64,000 nucleotides of DNA from the human T2T-CHM13v2.0 reference genome, Homo sapiens. The stretch lies in NCBI RefSeq assembly GCF_009914755.1, contig NC_060933.1. One strand, 5' to 3'. Under the pieces are notes generated by a model. The model was not told the origin of the DNA and made no database searches. It saw only the letters and a list, made by a program, of their open reading frames with translations. Positions 52,020-64,000 of this stretch are shown here, piece after piece. Position numbers and translations under genes: made by a program. The first letter of the stretch is position 1. The number at the start of each line of letters is the position of its first letter.

Positions 52020-53570
52020 TTTAAAAGAGCTATATTGAGATATAACTCACATACCATGCAATTAATCTATTGAAGGTGTACAGTTCAAGGGCTGGTAGTA
52101 TTTTCAGAGTTGTGGGCCCATCATGACAATGTATTTTAGAACATTTTCATTACCTCAGAAAGAAACCCTGTACCCCTTAGCCATCACTCCCAACCTTCTA
52201 ACTCCCCTAGCCCTAGGCAACCACTGGTCTACTTTTTGTCTCTAGAGGTTCGCCTTCTCTAGATATTTTACATCAATGCAATCATATAATGATGTGGTCT
52301 TTTGTGACTGGCTTCTCCTTTGAACATCAGAGTTTCAAGGTTCATCATCCATGTTATAGCATGTATCAATACTTCATTTCTCTTTATTGCTGAATAGTAT
52401 TCCATTGTATGAATATATCACATTTTATTTATCCATCATCAATTGATAGACATTGGGTTGTTTTCACTTTTTGGCTCTTAGGAATAAAGGGACTGTAACC
52501 TACTCTTGTAACAAGTAGCAGAGAGCCAATCACAGAAGCTGAGTTTCAGCCAATCACAGGCAGCCAACTGTTTAAACCACGTTCCAATAAGGCAAATGCA
52601 GAGCTGTAACCAATCCACCTTTTTCCTTACCTCACTTCTGTTTTCCATATATCATTTCTTTTTCTGTGCATAAATGTCATGTGACTATGTGGCAGCCCCA
52701 GAGCCTGATTTGTTAATTGTTCTTTGCTCAATTAAACTCTAAGTTTAATTTGTCTAAAGTTTTTCTTTTAACAGGACATTCATGTACACATTGTGTGGAA
52801 ATAAGTTTTTATTTCTCTCAGGTATATACCTAGGAGTAGAATAGATGGGTTATAGGGTAACATATGTTTAGCTTTCTTTTCTTTTCTTTTTTTTTTTCTT
52901 GAGACAGGGTCTCACTTTGTTGCCCAGGCTGGAGTACAGTGGTGGGATCACAGCCTTGCAGCCTTGAATTCCTGGACTCAAATGATCCTACTGCTTCAGC
53001 CTCTTTAATAGTTAAGACTACAGACGTGCACCACCATGCCTGGTTAATTTTTAAAAATGTTTTTGTAGAGACTGGGTCTCACTTTGTTGCTCTGACTGGT
53101 CTTGAATTCCTGGCTTCAAGTGATCCACTTGCCTTGGCCTTCCAAGATGGTGGGATTACAGGTGTGAGCCAGTGTGTCTGGCCTGTTTTAGCCTTTTGAG
53201 GAACTGCTATTCTTTTCAAAGCAGCTGTGCCATCTTACATTCCTATCAGCAACGTATGCGGGTTCCAATTTCTTCACATCCTTATCAACAATTTTTATTA
53301 TGGATCTCTTTTATGATGTGAAGTGGTGTCTCATTTGTATTTTCCTGATGGCTAATGCTGAGTATCTTTTCATGTGTACACTGGCCATTTGTAGTTCTTA
53401 TTTGGAGAATAGCCTATTCAGATCTTTTGCTTATTTTTAGATTGGGTTACTTGTCTATTTATTATTGAGTTGTAATAGTTCTTTATATGTCCTATATACA
53501 AGTCTTGTATCAGATATATGACTTGCAAAAATTATCTTCCATTCCTTGGGTTGTCTTTGGACTTTCTTTA
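52020..53570 (-). mobile_element. L1MB-type 3' region interrupted by an LTR and an AluJ (52874-53183)
   Basis: tattgagatataactcacatacca...ctaggagtaga...gtatcagatatatgacttgcaaa. Confidence 0.8.
52494..52773 (+). mobile_element. ERV1 solo LTR (MER57-like)
   Basis: TG...CA ends, repeated CCAAT boxes, ttctttgctcaattaaactc 3' end, 4-bp TSD ggac. Confidence 0.75.
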
Positions 53571-54302
53571 AAGCTTCTACCACTCTTGTGATACTCTGCT
53601 TCATGCTGGCTCATGTTATAGTGAGTTGTTAACATGTACCACTCTTCTTTGAAATCAGAAGCTAATTGAGGTGCATATCTTTGTTTTTGTATACCACCAG
53701 AAACCTAGATTGCTTTCTGCACATGAATAGTGCATTTGGGATTTGAGGCCTGCATGCCAGATCCTATTGTATGAACTATTTCGAGTGTTACTAAAGCCAG
53801 ACATTTTGTTTTCCACATCAAGACAACCCAGCTGCCTTGTATCTGGATAAAATAAATGGGCGAACACAATTGATTCTATCCATTAACAATTGTTCCCTTT
53901 ACCAAGAAAAAAAATAGCATTGCCATGTGAGTCACCATTTCATAAATAAGCTGTATTCCAAAAATTCACTTGTATGGCAGTTATTTGTAGTGCTGAACAT
54001 ATGAACATATTTTCACCTAGTACCAACGTGATAACAATGGCTCAGTGTATGATTCTAGGACTCAAAGCCAACTGCATTTCTGAAGAAGCTTGCTGTAAGC
54101 ATGTACATCATAGGCCAAAAGAACCCTTCATGATCTGGTCTGGCCTGGGAATGATGGATATCATCATGTGATATCCATGAGGAAGTGTGTTAGGGCATCG
54201 AGCAGCTGCATAAACATGTGTCTTCTGTCTGTGTACGTGTGTTGTAGACCCAGTGACTTCTGGTCAGCAAGCCTGAAGTTAAAAGAGGATTTGGGAATAT
54301 AA

Positions 54303-54614
<312 letters not shown>

Positions 54615-56454
54615 ATAAGGAGCATTTCTAACAAACCCTAGTGGAGACCAGTTATTCCTAGGGATGGGACGTGTGAATTTAAGTCAGGGGTCCTACCCAA
54701 ATACCAATCTCAAAGAAAAGTGAATGTTTGAATATTATGCCCTATCAAAATGATGGCCATGAAGATTATGCTGTTACATAGGCACATGTTTATAAGCAGA
54801 AGAATGTAGGATCTCAGATGTTAAACAGAACCCCCTCAACATACACACTCAACAAAGGAAAGCAACAAAATAAAAACAAAAGTCCTGGCAGAGGAAAAAA
54901 AATAACTGAAAACAAAGAAACCAAAATCCTAACAATAATTTTGTTCATGTGGATTTACTTTTTTCTGCTTTTCTTTCTTCTGAATTACCTCCAATTTGCT
55001 TAGATTTATTTTAATAGTAAAATCCTAGACAATTTCTCTGCCTATGTTTAATTTCTACAAGATCAGGGGTCTTGTTTGTCCTCTATACAGAGATTATCAC
55101 CACTGCACAGAAGAGTACTTGGTACAAAAAAGGCGCTTAATAAATATTTGTTGAGTTAGATAAGTAATCAATAAAGAAAGCATCACAGTGGAAAAATAAG
55201 TAGAGTCTGGAATGCAGTTATGGACTTCAGGGTAAAAGAGGTAATATTGTTCTATATTTTTCTCATATGGAGGAAAGTCGAGCACCATGTAAAGATTCGA
55301 GGAATCATTTTTCGAGGTCTATGTTGCGGAGAAAGTTTCTGAAACATAAATGTAGTTGGCCATCAGCAGAACAAAGACTATGTGCAGAAGTAAATGTTCC
55401 AGACCAAAATCCTAAGAAATAGGCATTTAATATCTTCTTCAGTCTTCTTTAATTTCCAGAAAGTTTGCACTGCAAGTGTTTTGCAGATGTCTTCTAAGTT
55501 GTCTCTGTTTTCATTGTAATATGTGCATGGAAGTGTATGTCTTGATTAACTTAGATTCTAGTAGAATCTAGAAGTTATGATGTTTCTTGGGATTCTTTAG
55601 TATAACTCCAGGTATTCCAACACTCATGTGCTGCTATTATAATTTCCGTTAATTCCAAATTTCATGTATTAGCATATCTGTTGCAATCCTACTTCTCGAA
55701 CATCCCTAAGGAGGAAAAGGCTGAAAAACACTGGAAATGTTATTAATCATAGTTTGTAACAGAGGATCTATTTTCTCCCTTAACACTACCCAAAATATTT
55801 TATCTGGATTATTTTCAAATTATTTTGGCAATGATTTGATAGGAAAGATTGTTACAGTAGGTTTCATTTTGGATCCTTTTTTAGCTACTCCTTCCAGTTT
55901 TGAATGAGTCATATTCTTAGTCTTAACTTCACATAATATATTCCCACTTAATAATACCAATGAATATAAATCTCATTTGTTGCCAAATATATGTTAAGGA
56001 TAACTGGCACAGAAGGATGGAAATATACCATTCTATAAATAACAAAATTATCTTCATAGATTTCTACTTTTTTTAACGTTGACAAAGTTCTCCAAAGATT
56101 TAAGATGCGTAGAGATTGCATAGATTAGGGTGGCATTTCATATTTCCGTTCTAAAAGGTAAACATGATTTTTATAGCTTCTAAAAAAGCATGTCTAAAGG
56201 ATAAAGAGAGAAATTTAAAAGATTATGTCTCATGCAAGCATCTATACTTTTGTTTCTATTTATTTTAGAATAAAAGTGGTTTTACATTTTATCTCAGGGC
56301 TGACAATCATCAGACACAATATAAATCTTCAAGTATCTGAAAGGCTGCTTTTCAGGCAACCTGAAATGGTTTTTTCTTCGAGTACCTGTAAAGTACTGAC
56401 TCTGAAGCAGGAGCGCCTTAATAGTTTTATAAACTCAATCAATAGAATGAATTT

Positions 56455-56580
56455 TTTCTTTTCTCCCTTTCTTTCTCTCTCCTTCCTTCCTGCCTTTCTT
56501 TCTCTCCCTTCTTTTCCCTTCCCTTCCCCTCCCCTCCCTCCCTCCCTCCTTCCCTCCCTTCCTTCCTTCCCTCCTTCTTG
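56455..56580. repeat. CT-rich simple repeat (degenerate Alu tail), followed by an Alu fragment
   Basis: Direct reading. Confidence 0.85.
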
Positions 56581-56728
56581 GTCTTGTTCTGTAACCCAGG
56601 CTGCAGTGCAATGGCAAAATCATAGCTCACTGTAACCTCAAACTCTTGGGCTCAAGGAATCCTCTGGAAAGCTTTTTCAAAGAGATGGTCGTAGGTCTTC
56701 TCCTCAAAGATGTTTAAAAATGGGATCA

Positions 56729-57028
<300 letters not shown>

Positions 57029-57044
57029 GGTGGGGGGGGATCAA

Positions 57045-57204
57045 GTTCGGCATACTGGCGTGTGCCTATAGTCCTAGCTACTGGGGAAGCTGAGGCAGGA
57101 GGACGGCTTGAGCTCAGGGTTCGAGACTGCGGTGAGCTATGACTACACCTGTGAATAGCCACTGTACTCCAGCTCAGGTGACAGAGGGAGACCCTCACTC
57201 TGTC

Positions 57205-57234
<30 letters not shown>
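57045..57234 (+). mobile_element. FAM (fossil Alu monomer)
   Basis: Retains 7SL-derived cctgtgaatagccactg, absent from dimeric Alus. Confidence 0.75.
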
Positions 57235-57237
<3 letters not shown>

Positions 57238-58399
57238 ACAGTTAAAAATTAAAAAAAAATTAAAAATAGGATCAGCAGCCATGAATATGACAAAAGAAAA
57301 CTACTTGAATTTAACTTTCAGTACCAAGATAAATAGCCTCTAGATAATATGGTCAAGTGGAATTGAATAACTGAGATATCAGAAAATTGAAAATTATTAC
57401 TTTATGTAATTTTATATAGGTTCATCAAATTCTCTGATTCTCGAACTTTAAGCAATGCAAAGTCTGTTTCACAAATGAGGACACTGGGATTTATCATATT
57501 CAGGACACCTGCTCAAGATCCTAAGCCAGTTAAATATGGAGAACTGAACAAAGGTATTAATCTCTATAAAAGACACAAGGACAAAATGAATGGGTGAAGA
57601 AAAACCAAATCTTTGAAAGTACGAGACAGATGGAGGGGGACAATGACTTAGCCATTCAGGAAGGTTGACTCATGAACCATTGGTGGGAAATCTGGGAAGC
57701 CACCTGTTTTGTACCACAGAACTGCCCAGAAGACTCAGGAACTGATGGAGCCAGGTACCCCCAGAGGGAGAGTTTAGGGTGAAGTTGAAACAAGAGAGTG
57801 TATTTAAGAAGCACTAGGACCTGACATCTCCCTGATTCCATATTGCTTATGACTGCCCCTCCTCAATGTCTGTAAATGACTGGCAAGAGTGAAGAGAAAA
57901 TCTCTGGCAAGGAGAGGCTAGTGAGGGTTGGAGAGGAGACAGCAGAACAGATGAGAGTTGGGGTACCTTATGAAAAAGGGAATTAAGTGAAAAAAATAAT
58001 AATGGATGTTGAGATTCTCCACTCCCCGCCTCCCACCCCCCACCACTTCCCAACCTTCTTCCTCCTCTCCAAATGGCTGGCAGCTTGCATATTTTTAGGG
58101 CAGGGCTAAGTGGCACAGCTCCTGAGGAGTCTTTCATACACATGGTTATGGGAATGACGTCCCCTGGAGTCATGCAGGGTCTAGTTTGCACTGTCATACG
58201 TAAAGGTCCCGGAGCAGAGGCACCTCTTCTGAGAAACTGAACCAGCCCAAGACACAAAACCCAACAGTAATGATGTCAGAGATTCACTGACTAAGTGGTC
58301 CAGCTGGCTCTCCCAGCAGTGAAGCGAACATTTGACAAACCCCTATCATGAGCACAGAGCCTTAGATCCACTCTTTGGAACCCCATTAACTTCTAGCCA

Positions 58400-59010
58400 A
58401 GAATCACCAGACTGAAGAAATCTCTATATGAAAGACAGAGACTGAAATAATTAGGAAAAAAAAAAAACTTAGAGGAAATAAAGTATGCAGGAAGAAGACA
58501 AAATTATCATTAATATATGAGAGATGAGAAGCTAATGCATATGTGGAAGACAAGCAGTGTTGTATTACAGTAAGAAACATTCAGAGAACAAAAAAGAGCT
58601 CTTGGAAACTGAAAATGTGATAGTAAAAATGAAAACTCAATAGAAAGGTTAGAGAATAAAGTTGAAAAAGTCTCCTGGTAAATAAAGCAAAAACATCTAA
58701 ATTAGAGAAAATGTTTTAAAAATTAAAGGATCGGTTAGGGAAATCTGACATTTGAATAGTAAGATTTCTAGAAGTTGAGGACAGAGAAAAAAGATGAGAT
58801 GACATCAAACACAACTTAAGGAAATTCCCTGGAACTGAAAGATGCATGTTTTCACACTCAAAGGGTCCACCGTGTGCCTAACAAAATAAATGAAAATAGA
58901 CTCATACTTTAGTATATCATCATGAAATTTCAGTGCTTTAGGATGTTAACTGATTATTAGCCAATAAAATTCAAAATGCATAATATATTGATGACCCCTC
59001 AAAATTTCAA
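58400..59010 (+). mobile_element. Old L1M ORF1-region remnant
   Basis: aaaactcaatagaaaggttagagaataaagttga; catcatgaaatttcag-like motifs. Confidence 0.5.
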
Positions 59011-59026
59011 ATACTTTGAAATAGTT

Positions 59027-59339
<313 letters not shown>

Positions 59340-60349
59340 TCATTGGATCAAGGGGGAGCTTAAGAGAGAGATGAAATCAATAAGTCAGTGGAAATAGGAA
59401 TATTTTATAATCAAAGCCTTTAGGTGGAAACTATTGTCTCAAATGTCCACATGATTAAATACAAATGATTAAAAATTGAAGGAACAAACTACTCTTATGA
59501 AATTAGGAGAGGACTATGGAAACAGCCTGATAAGGTATTAGTAAAGATAAAATAAGACATTAATACATTAGAAAACATACAAGAAGGATTAAGAAATAAA
59601 AACCTAATTTTTAAGAAAAACACAAATGGGAAAAATCTTATGAGTTAAATAAGCTTCGTACAAGCCTAATGGTGGGGAGCACGGGGTTGGGGAATGAAAC
59701 TGACAAGATCAGAAATCAAAAGGAGAAATAACCACAGATATGAGAGAGATTTTAAAAAATCTTGAGTGGGAGAAAAATATTTGTGTCTGAGTGGTCTAGA
59801 ATAATTTTCACTAGTGTGAAAGATATAATCCATTTTGAAGTTAAAAATAGAATGGGAAACATATATAGTGAGAATTTTTTTAAATAAATAAAAGCAGATA
59901 TATGTATGGAAAATAAACAGTATGAACAAAAGTCATTTCTAGGCATGAAATTATGGGTGATCCTGATAGTTTTGCTGATATGCATGGGTAACTTTTCTGT
60001 TGAAACATATATTGGTTTTATAGCAATATATATATTGCTATAAAATATATATTATATTAATATATTATATATAATAAAATTATAATAAGCACTAAAAGAG
60101 AATTTAAGTCACTGAACAGTAACTGTTCGATGTAACATTTAAGGAAAGATGACTTTAAATTCCCCAATTTACTTTGCAGTTTCCACACCAACATGTTTGA
60201 TTTTGCAGCAACATACCTGTTGCAATGCTTCATGTTACTCGTATTTCTGGGACAATGGTAATACAGCAGAGTAATGATTATTTTCTCCTTCAATGAGATA
60301 AAGCCAATAGAAACTGAAATTTGATTATTATTTTCTCTTTTAGAAAACT

Positions 60350-61681
60350 TCTTTCTTTTTTTGAGACAGGGTCTTGCTTTGTGCCCCAGGCTAGGGTGTG
60401 ATCATAGCTCACTGCTGCCTAGAATTCCTGGGCTCAAGGATCCTCTTGCCTCAGCCTCCTGAGTAGCTGGGACTATAGGCCACACCACCATGCCCAGCTA
60501 ACTTTTAAAATTTGTAGAGACAGGATCTCACTAGGTTGCTCAGGCTGGTCTTGAATTCCTGGGCTCAGTCAATCCCCCCACCTCAGCCTCCCAAAGTGCT
60601 GGGATTATAGGTGTGAGCTACTGTGCCCAGTTTTGAAAACTCTTATTATGAAAACATTAAATAAGTACAAAAGTAGAAAGAGTAGTAAAATGAACTCTTA
60701 TATTCATCACCATCTTCCACAATTGTCAGCAAATCTTATTCCCTCTATCCACTCATCCCCAGCCCCACTGAATGATTCTGAGGCAAATATCAAACATCAT
60801 ATATTTTCACTCATAAGTATTCCAGTATGGCTCTCCGAAAGACACACATTTTTTAAAAAGGTTACTACAATGTCATTATCCCACCTGAAAATTTTAATGT
60901 CTTTTTCTATTTTTTTTTTTTTTTTTGAGACAGAGTCTCACTCTGTCACCCAGGCTGGAGTGCAGTGGTGCGATCTTGGCTCACTGCAACCTCTGCCCTC
61001 CGAGTTCAAGCGATGTCCTGCCTCAGCCTCCTGAGTAGCTGGGATTACAGGTGCCTGCTACCGCTCCCGGCTAATTTTTTGTATTTTTAGTAGAGATGGG
61101 GTTTCACCATCTTGGCCAGGCTGGTCTTGAACTCTTGACCTCATGATCCACCCACCTCGGCTTCCCAAAGTGTTGGGATTACAGGCGTGAGCCACTGCGC
61201 CTGGCCAATTTTAATTTCTTAATATCATCAAATATCCGGTCAGTGTTCACATTTATTCAATGGCTTCAAATTGTTTACAGTTTATTTCAAATAGGACCTA
61301 AAGTTTATCTAATTCATAAGTCTTTTCAATATTTATTCTTTCTACTTTTAAATTTATATTTATTTATTTATTTATGAGGCAGGGTTTCACTGTCGCCTAG
61401 GCTGGAGTGCAGTGGTGCAATCTCAGCTCACTGCAGCCTTGACCTCCTGTGCTCAGGTGATCCTCTGGCCTCAGCCTCCCAAGTAGCAGGGACTATAGGC
61501 ACATGCCACCACGCCTGGATAATTATTTTTGTGGGTTTTTTTTTTTTTGTTTGTTTGTTTGTAGAGACAGGGTTTTCCCAGGTTGCCCAGGCTGGTCTCG
61601 AACTCCTGGGCTCAAGCAATCCTCCCCGCCTCAGCCTCCCAAAGTGCTGGGATTACAGGCGTGAGCCAACTGCACCCAGCC
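60350..61681 (-). mobile_element. Three antisense Alus (60350-60631 J; 60910-61206 S; 61355-61681) within old L1M-like DNA
   Basis: Alu consensus. Confidence 0.9.
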
Positions 61682-62325
61682 TAAGTTTATTAATTTTACA
61701 TTGTATCTGCAATTGGTTGATATTTGTCTTATGTTCATTTCCCTTTTGAAAGAAACTTAAGAATTTCAATATCTATGCATTAGACAATTCATTGATGAAA
61801 TGTAAAAAAATCTATAAATGTAGTAGTTATTTTTTTAGTAAAAAATTCACATATTGATAGACCCCAGGAAGCTGCTTGAAAATTACTAATGTAAAAGTTA
61901 TTTGAATAGGAATTTTAAAAGGAAAACATATATTAAATATTATGTTATGTATGTATATTATTAGGATAATAATTGGGAGTTAACGTCTCTCTCAGATTCA
62001 GTGAACCACACTCTTCTGGTTTTTCTTCTGCTGTTTACTCTGAGCCCTTTATTAGGTCCTCTTACTCTACCTGACCTCTAAATGTTGGGGTTCCTCAGTA
62101 GGCCATTTGAAGCTCACTTCTTTTGCATCATTTTTTTTAATGAAATCACTGTAATACCCCTAGTTGTAAATGATGTCTTTATTGGCAAAATGGACCAAAA
62201 ACAGTTTCACATAGCAAATACCAAAACAAAGTAAAAAGGGCAAATGACACACTGGCTTACAAAAACTGCAGCTTCAATCAAGAGTTAATATATACAGCTT
62301 CTTAAAAACAGAAAAGAAAATAATC

Positions 62326-62947
<622 letters not shown>

Positions 62948-63086
62948 TTACAGCTATACTGAACATTTTTATCACTTAACAGCTTGGCAAAATTCCAAAA
63001 GTTTGACCATATACTTTATTGATAAAGGCTATGGGAAAGCAAGCACTCTCTCATACACAGCTTGTGGAAATAAAAATCAAATTCTA

Positions 63087-64000
63087 GGCGCATCTTTATG
63101 AGATGAAAACAAAATCAACTTCAGGCGTGACTGCAACCTCTAGCTCGATTCCAGAGTCCCCAAAAGCACTGAAGCAGCTGGACAAAGAGCAGGTTGAAAA
63201 GGCAGTGGACACTCTGTTGACACATTGCAAGTCCAGGAAAAATGATCATGGATTGCTTTTGAACAAGAATGAAAATGTATTTTTAATGGTGGTATTATGG
63301 AAAATTCCAAGTAAAGAACTGAGGGTCAGATTGGGCTTGCCTCATGGTATTCAATCACATTTAGAAGAAATCTGTTTATTTACCAAGGATGAACTCAATT
63401 CAACTCCTGAAAAGACATAACAGTTCTATAGAAAGCTTTTGAACAAGCATGGAATTAAAACCGTGTCTCAGATTATCCCCCTCCAAAACTTTAAAAAAGG
63501 AATATAAAGCCTATGAAGCCAAGCTCCACCTTCTGAGCAGTTTTGACTTCTTCCTTACTGATGCCAGAATTAGGTGGCTCTTACCTTCACACATTAAGAG
63601 ACATTTCTATCAAACAAAGAAAGTTCCAGTATCAGGCTGAGGAGGGCAGATCACGAGGTCAGGAGATGGAGATCATCCTGGCTAACACAATGAAACCCCG
63701 TCTCTACTAAAAATACAAAAAAATTAGCCGGACATGGTGGTGGGCACCTGTATTCCCAGCTACTCAGGAGGCTGAGGCAGGAGAATCGCTTGAACCCGGG
63801 AGGCAGAGGTTGCAGTGAGTCAAGATCGCGCCGCTGCACTACAGTCTGGCGACAGAGCGAGATTCCGTCTCAAAAAAAAAAAAAAAGAAAGTTTCAGTAT
63901 CTGTAAACCTTCTGTCCAGGAATTTATCAAGAGAGATCAATGAATGTATAGGTGGAACCGTCTAAGTATTCCTAAAAGTGGTTCTTGCAGTGCTACACAC
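63087..64000 (+). pseudogene. RSL1D1P: RSL1D1 (ribosomal L1 domain-containing 1) processed pseudogene, 5' part, runs off the window
   Basis: Intronless [24 protein letters not shown]...[12 protein letters not shown]...[11 protein letters not shown]...KKVPVS; premature TAA 63418-63420; frameshift near 63480; Alu insertion. Confidence 0.95.
63634..63883 (+). mobile_element. 5'-truncated Alu inside the RSL1D1 pseudogene
   Basis: 18-bp TSD aaagaaagtt(c/t)cagtatc at 63616-63633 and 63884-63901. Confidence 0.95.

Noticed and set aside
55097-55320. Minus-strand SNLYMVLDF resembling the PKA kinase hinge region
   Set aside because: No other kinase motifs, and an in-frame stop just upstream
57045-57234. 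7SL RNA gene or pseudogene
   Set aside because: Lacks the S domain; better explained as a FAM monomer

Overview
Primate (human-like), repeat-dense, apparently non-genic DNA. I found no intact cellular protein-coding gene; most six-frame ORFs are Alu, L1 or microsatellite artefacts. The window holds about 50 Alus, old L1, L2, MIR, MaLR and DNA-transposon fragments, a prohibitin (PHB1) processed pseudogene (27.3-28.7 kb) broken only by a 1-bp frameshift, and the 5' part of an Alu-interrupted RSL1D1 processed pseudogene at the right edge. The most unusual structure is a 5.7-kb HERV-H composite with three LTRs (7706-13418). A minus-strand provirus bounded by a 5-bp TSD (CTTTT) contains a second, plus-strand HERV-H with a different LTR7 variant. 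A deletion left complementary halves: inner LTR-gag-pro-RT and outer RNaseH-IN-env remnant. Both primer-binding sites match tRNA-Phe, the outer 5' LTR has lost its TATA box, and a transcript from the inner LTR would have self-complementary ends. I also found an inverted copy of neighbouring DNA inside a MER58B element and several near-perfect fold-back palindromes. Repeat subfamily names were assigned by eye from remembered consensus sequences; boundaries of old repeats are approximate.
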